A stretch of 63,999 nucleotides of DNA, filler included, from Malassezia furfur (Eukaryota): assembly GCA_052055015.1 (NCBI GenBank). It is 3 parts of 3 records of this genome, joined end to end, with 100 filler letters (N's around TTAATTAATTAA, not from the genome) between each part and the next. Parts side by side here need not be neighbours in the genome. Positions count along the whole stretch, not along the records: positions 47,262 to 63,999 come from JBQJIT010000242.1; 2 more parts are not named here. One strand, 5' to 3'. Positions 61,900 to 63,999 of the stretch are shown here, one piece after another (position 1 is the first letter of the stretch; the number at the start of each line of letters is the position of its first letter). The notes under the pieces are model-generated. The model ran no database searches. It was given only the letters and a program-made list of their open reading frames with translations, and was not told the origin of the DNA. The position numbers and the translations under genes are program-made.

Positions 61900-63999
61900 C
61901 TAGGGCGCCGGGTCGGCAAAGTGCGCGTCGCGGCGCAAAATGCTGTGCACGAGCACCGACGGCGCCGAGCGGGTCTCGGGCATGGCCGCAGACGCGACAC
62001 TCGGTGCCGTGTTGCGCTTCGCCTTGCCCGTCCGTCGGCGATCGATGCCGTGGCGACCTCCGCGCTCCTGGCGCCAGTGCGGCTCGTGGCTGTACTCTTC
62101 GAGCAGGCGCGCGCGGCGCTCCTGGAGCTCGCGCGGGAGGCTCGCGACGTCTACCTGGCCCGTCTTGAACAAAAGACGCGTAAACTCGGTCTCTTCCTCC
62201 TCGTACGTCCGCGGCGCGGTGACAGTGCGCCGTGGACGCAGCTTGGTCAGCACGGCTTCGGTGTCCTCGTCGTCGTCCGACGGCGCGTGCTCCGACGCTT
62301 CGTCCTGTGCCTGCGCGCGGCGTCGGAGCTCCGCACGGAGATCGTGCGTCGTGACACGCTCCTCGTCGTCGCTACTAGCCTCGCCAAGGAAGTCGTAGCG
62401 CTCGGCCTCTTCGGTGGCGTGCGTCTCGTTGTAGGTCTCCACAAACGCACGCGAATCTTCACGCTCGGCGAGGGCCTGCAGGCCGTCTTGCTCGATGCGG
62501 CGGCGCTTGGCCTGGAACGAGGGCGCGTGCAGCTTGCGGCGCAGCTCGTCCTCATCAGCGTCCTCGTCAAGCATATCGGCGAGCGGGTCGTCGAGGCGCC
62601 GGCGCCGGCTGCGTAGCATACCTTTGGCCGCGCGTTCATGCAGCGCCTGCATCGCCGCGTCGTCCTCGTCGCGGTGCTGCTGGTAGCGCATGCGTGCGGC
62701 CTCGTCCTGCTCCTCCTCGTTCTCGTCGCGCTCGTCGTCGAGGAGCGACTCGAGGTCTGCGTCGTCGTCCGAGTCCTCCTCGGGCTCGGACGCCGAGCCC
62801 CGGTCGCTGAACACGCCCGTCAGACCTCCGTGCTCGCCGTCGTCCGGCCGGTCCTCGTCGGACTCTTCGGCCTCGCCAAAGACAAACTCAGAGCGCTCGC
62901 GGCGCGACTTGGCGCGCTTCGCAGGCTTGCCGAGCAGCGCTGACCAGTGCGCCCGCGCGTCCGAAGCGACCGCCAAGTCGGCCTCGGCATCCGATGCGTC
63001 TGCGTCGGTCGGCGCATCGGATGGCGCCGCATCGCTCTCTTCGTCCTCCGACGCGGGCGAGTAGAGCGGCGCGCTCGTGTGCCGCTGCGACGACGGTGGC
63101 GCCACGTCGCTGCCGTCGGAGGCAGGGCCCTCGCTTGGCCGCCGCGGCGATCCATCGTGCTCGCTCGGCGCACGCTCCACGCGGCGCTGCGACGGCGACG
63201 GGTCGAGCGCGGCGGGCGCCTGACTCGGCGTGTCCTCGGCTGGCTTGGTCTGCGTAAAGAAGCCGTCCTGGTTGATGTACATCACTTCGTTGGCGGCCGA
63301 GAGGGTGCGCCGCTCGCGCCACTCTTCGCCCCGCTCGGCGAGCGATGGGTCGAGCGACGGGAGCATCTCGGGCGAGAGGAGCGCACGCGCATCCTCGCGC
63401 TGCTGCCTGCGCAGCGCCGCAAACCCGTCCGAGGCCGCGGCGTGCGTCGGCGGGGGCATCGCTTCCTGCGACCGCGTCGGGCGCATCGACGCCGAGGCGG
63501 ACGGCGTCGGCTCAAAGAACTGCGTCATGCCGCCGACCGGGCCGTCGCGTTTCTGGTTCGCAAACAGGTCGAGGGACGCACCGCGCGTGGGGCCATCCTG
63601 CGTGCTCTCAAAGAACTGCGCAAGCACCGACGAGTTGGAGTTGGTGCGTGCGCTCGGCTCGTCCCATGCCGTCGACTCGCGCAGCGGTGCCGGACTCGGC
63701 GAGGCGCGCGACGGCACCTGCGTCGGCGCAAAGAAGCGGCCCAAATCGACGTCCAGCTCGTTGTCGTCCGCCGGGAGGATCGGCGAGAGCGGCACGTTTT
63801 CCTTCTCACTGTTGTGTGCGCTGTGTGTCGACGCGCTGCGCCGCGACGCAGGGCTTCCGTCGCGCGGCGAGGCACTTGCGTCGCTCGCGGCCGACGACGC
63901 AGTGCCGCCGCCCTCGCTCCAGTCGCTGTCATCGTCGCTCGCGGACGACGCACGCCGCGCGCGGCCGCCGTACGTCTTGGGGCCGGGCGCCGGCGCTGC
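61900..63999 (-). CDS. MRC1: Replication checkpoint mediator Mrc1/claspin-like (5' end off the window)
   Basis: SEFVFGEAEESDED..GGL..DDDADLESLLDDE..EDDAAMQALHERAAKGMLRSRRR; TQ/SQ-rich region (FFTQT). Confidence 0.8.
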   Translation of the reverse strand, partial: AAPAPGPKTYGGRARRASSASDDDSDWSEGGGTASSAASDASASPRDGSPASRRSASTHSAHNSEKENVPLSPILPADDNELDVDLGRFFAPTQVPSRASPSPAPLRESTAWDEPSARTNSNSSVLAQFFESTQDGPTRGASLDLFANQKRDGPVGGMTQFFEPTPSASASMRPTRSQEAMPPPTHAAASDGFAALRRQQREDARALLSPEMLPSLDPSLAERGEEWRERRTLSAANEVMYINQDGFFTQTKPAEDTPSQAPAALDPSPSQRRVERAPSEHDGSPRRPSEGPASDGSDVAPPSSQRHTSAPLYSPASEDEESDAAPSDAPTDADASDAEADLAVASDARAHWSALLGKPAKRAKSRRERSEFVFGEAEESDEDRPDDGEHGGLTGVFSDRGSASEPEEDSDDDADLESLLDDERDENEEEQDEAARMRYQQHRDEDDAAMQALHERAAKGMLRSRRRRLDDPLADMLDEDADEDELRRKLHAPSFQAKRRRIEQDGLQALAEREDSRAFVETYNETHATEEAERYDFLGEASSDDEERVTTHDLRAELRRRAQAQDEASEHAPSDDDEDTEAVLTKLRPRRTVTAPRTYEEEETEFTRLLFKTGQVDVASLPRELQERRARLLEEYSHEPHWRQERGGRHGIDRRRTGKAKRNTAPSVASAAMPETRSAPSVLVHSILRRDAHFADPAP

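Overview
Eukaryotic, gene-dense, GC-rich fungal DNA, most likely a Malassezia-type basidiomycete yeast. This is inferred from the very short GT-AG introns (mostly 21-35 nt), intergenic gaps often under 100 bp, and a thioredoxin closely resembling allergen Mala s 13. About 47 protein genes can be reconstructed by hand-splicing, mostly housekeeping (PEX2, MDP1, class I HDAC, TFC4, BUD23, UFE1, SUA5, LYS2, FUM1, NOP7, COQ5, ABCD transporter, ATG6, TIM17, MSY1, MRC1 and others). There is also an intron-containing tRNA-Gly(CCC), and two assembly gaps with an artificial TTAATTAATTAA linker. Best leads: (1) an AT-rich island at about 59.05-61.76 kb made of three tandem units of an intronless orphan gene family (two intact paralogs, one frameshifted relic); (2) an in-frame fusion of the mitochondrial fission protein MTP18/MTFP1 with an AcpS-type phosphopantetheinyl transferase; (3) an Apd1/Aim32-type bis-His [2Fe-2S] protein fused to an adrenodoxin-type ferredoxin; (4) a hidden 101-aa Cys-containing gene whose ATG is split by an intron; (5) many 21-nt stop-free introns and co-oriented genes only 10-60 bp apart. 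All calls rest on motif recognition by eye; no database searches were run.
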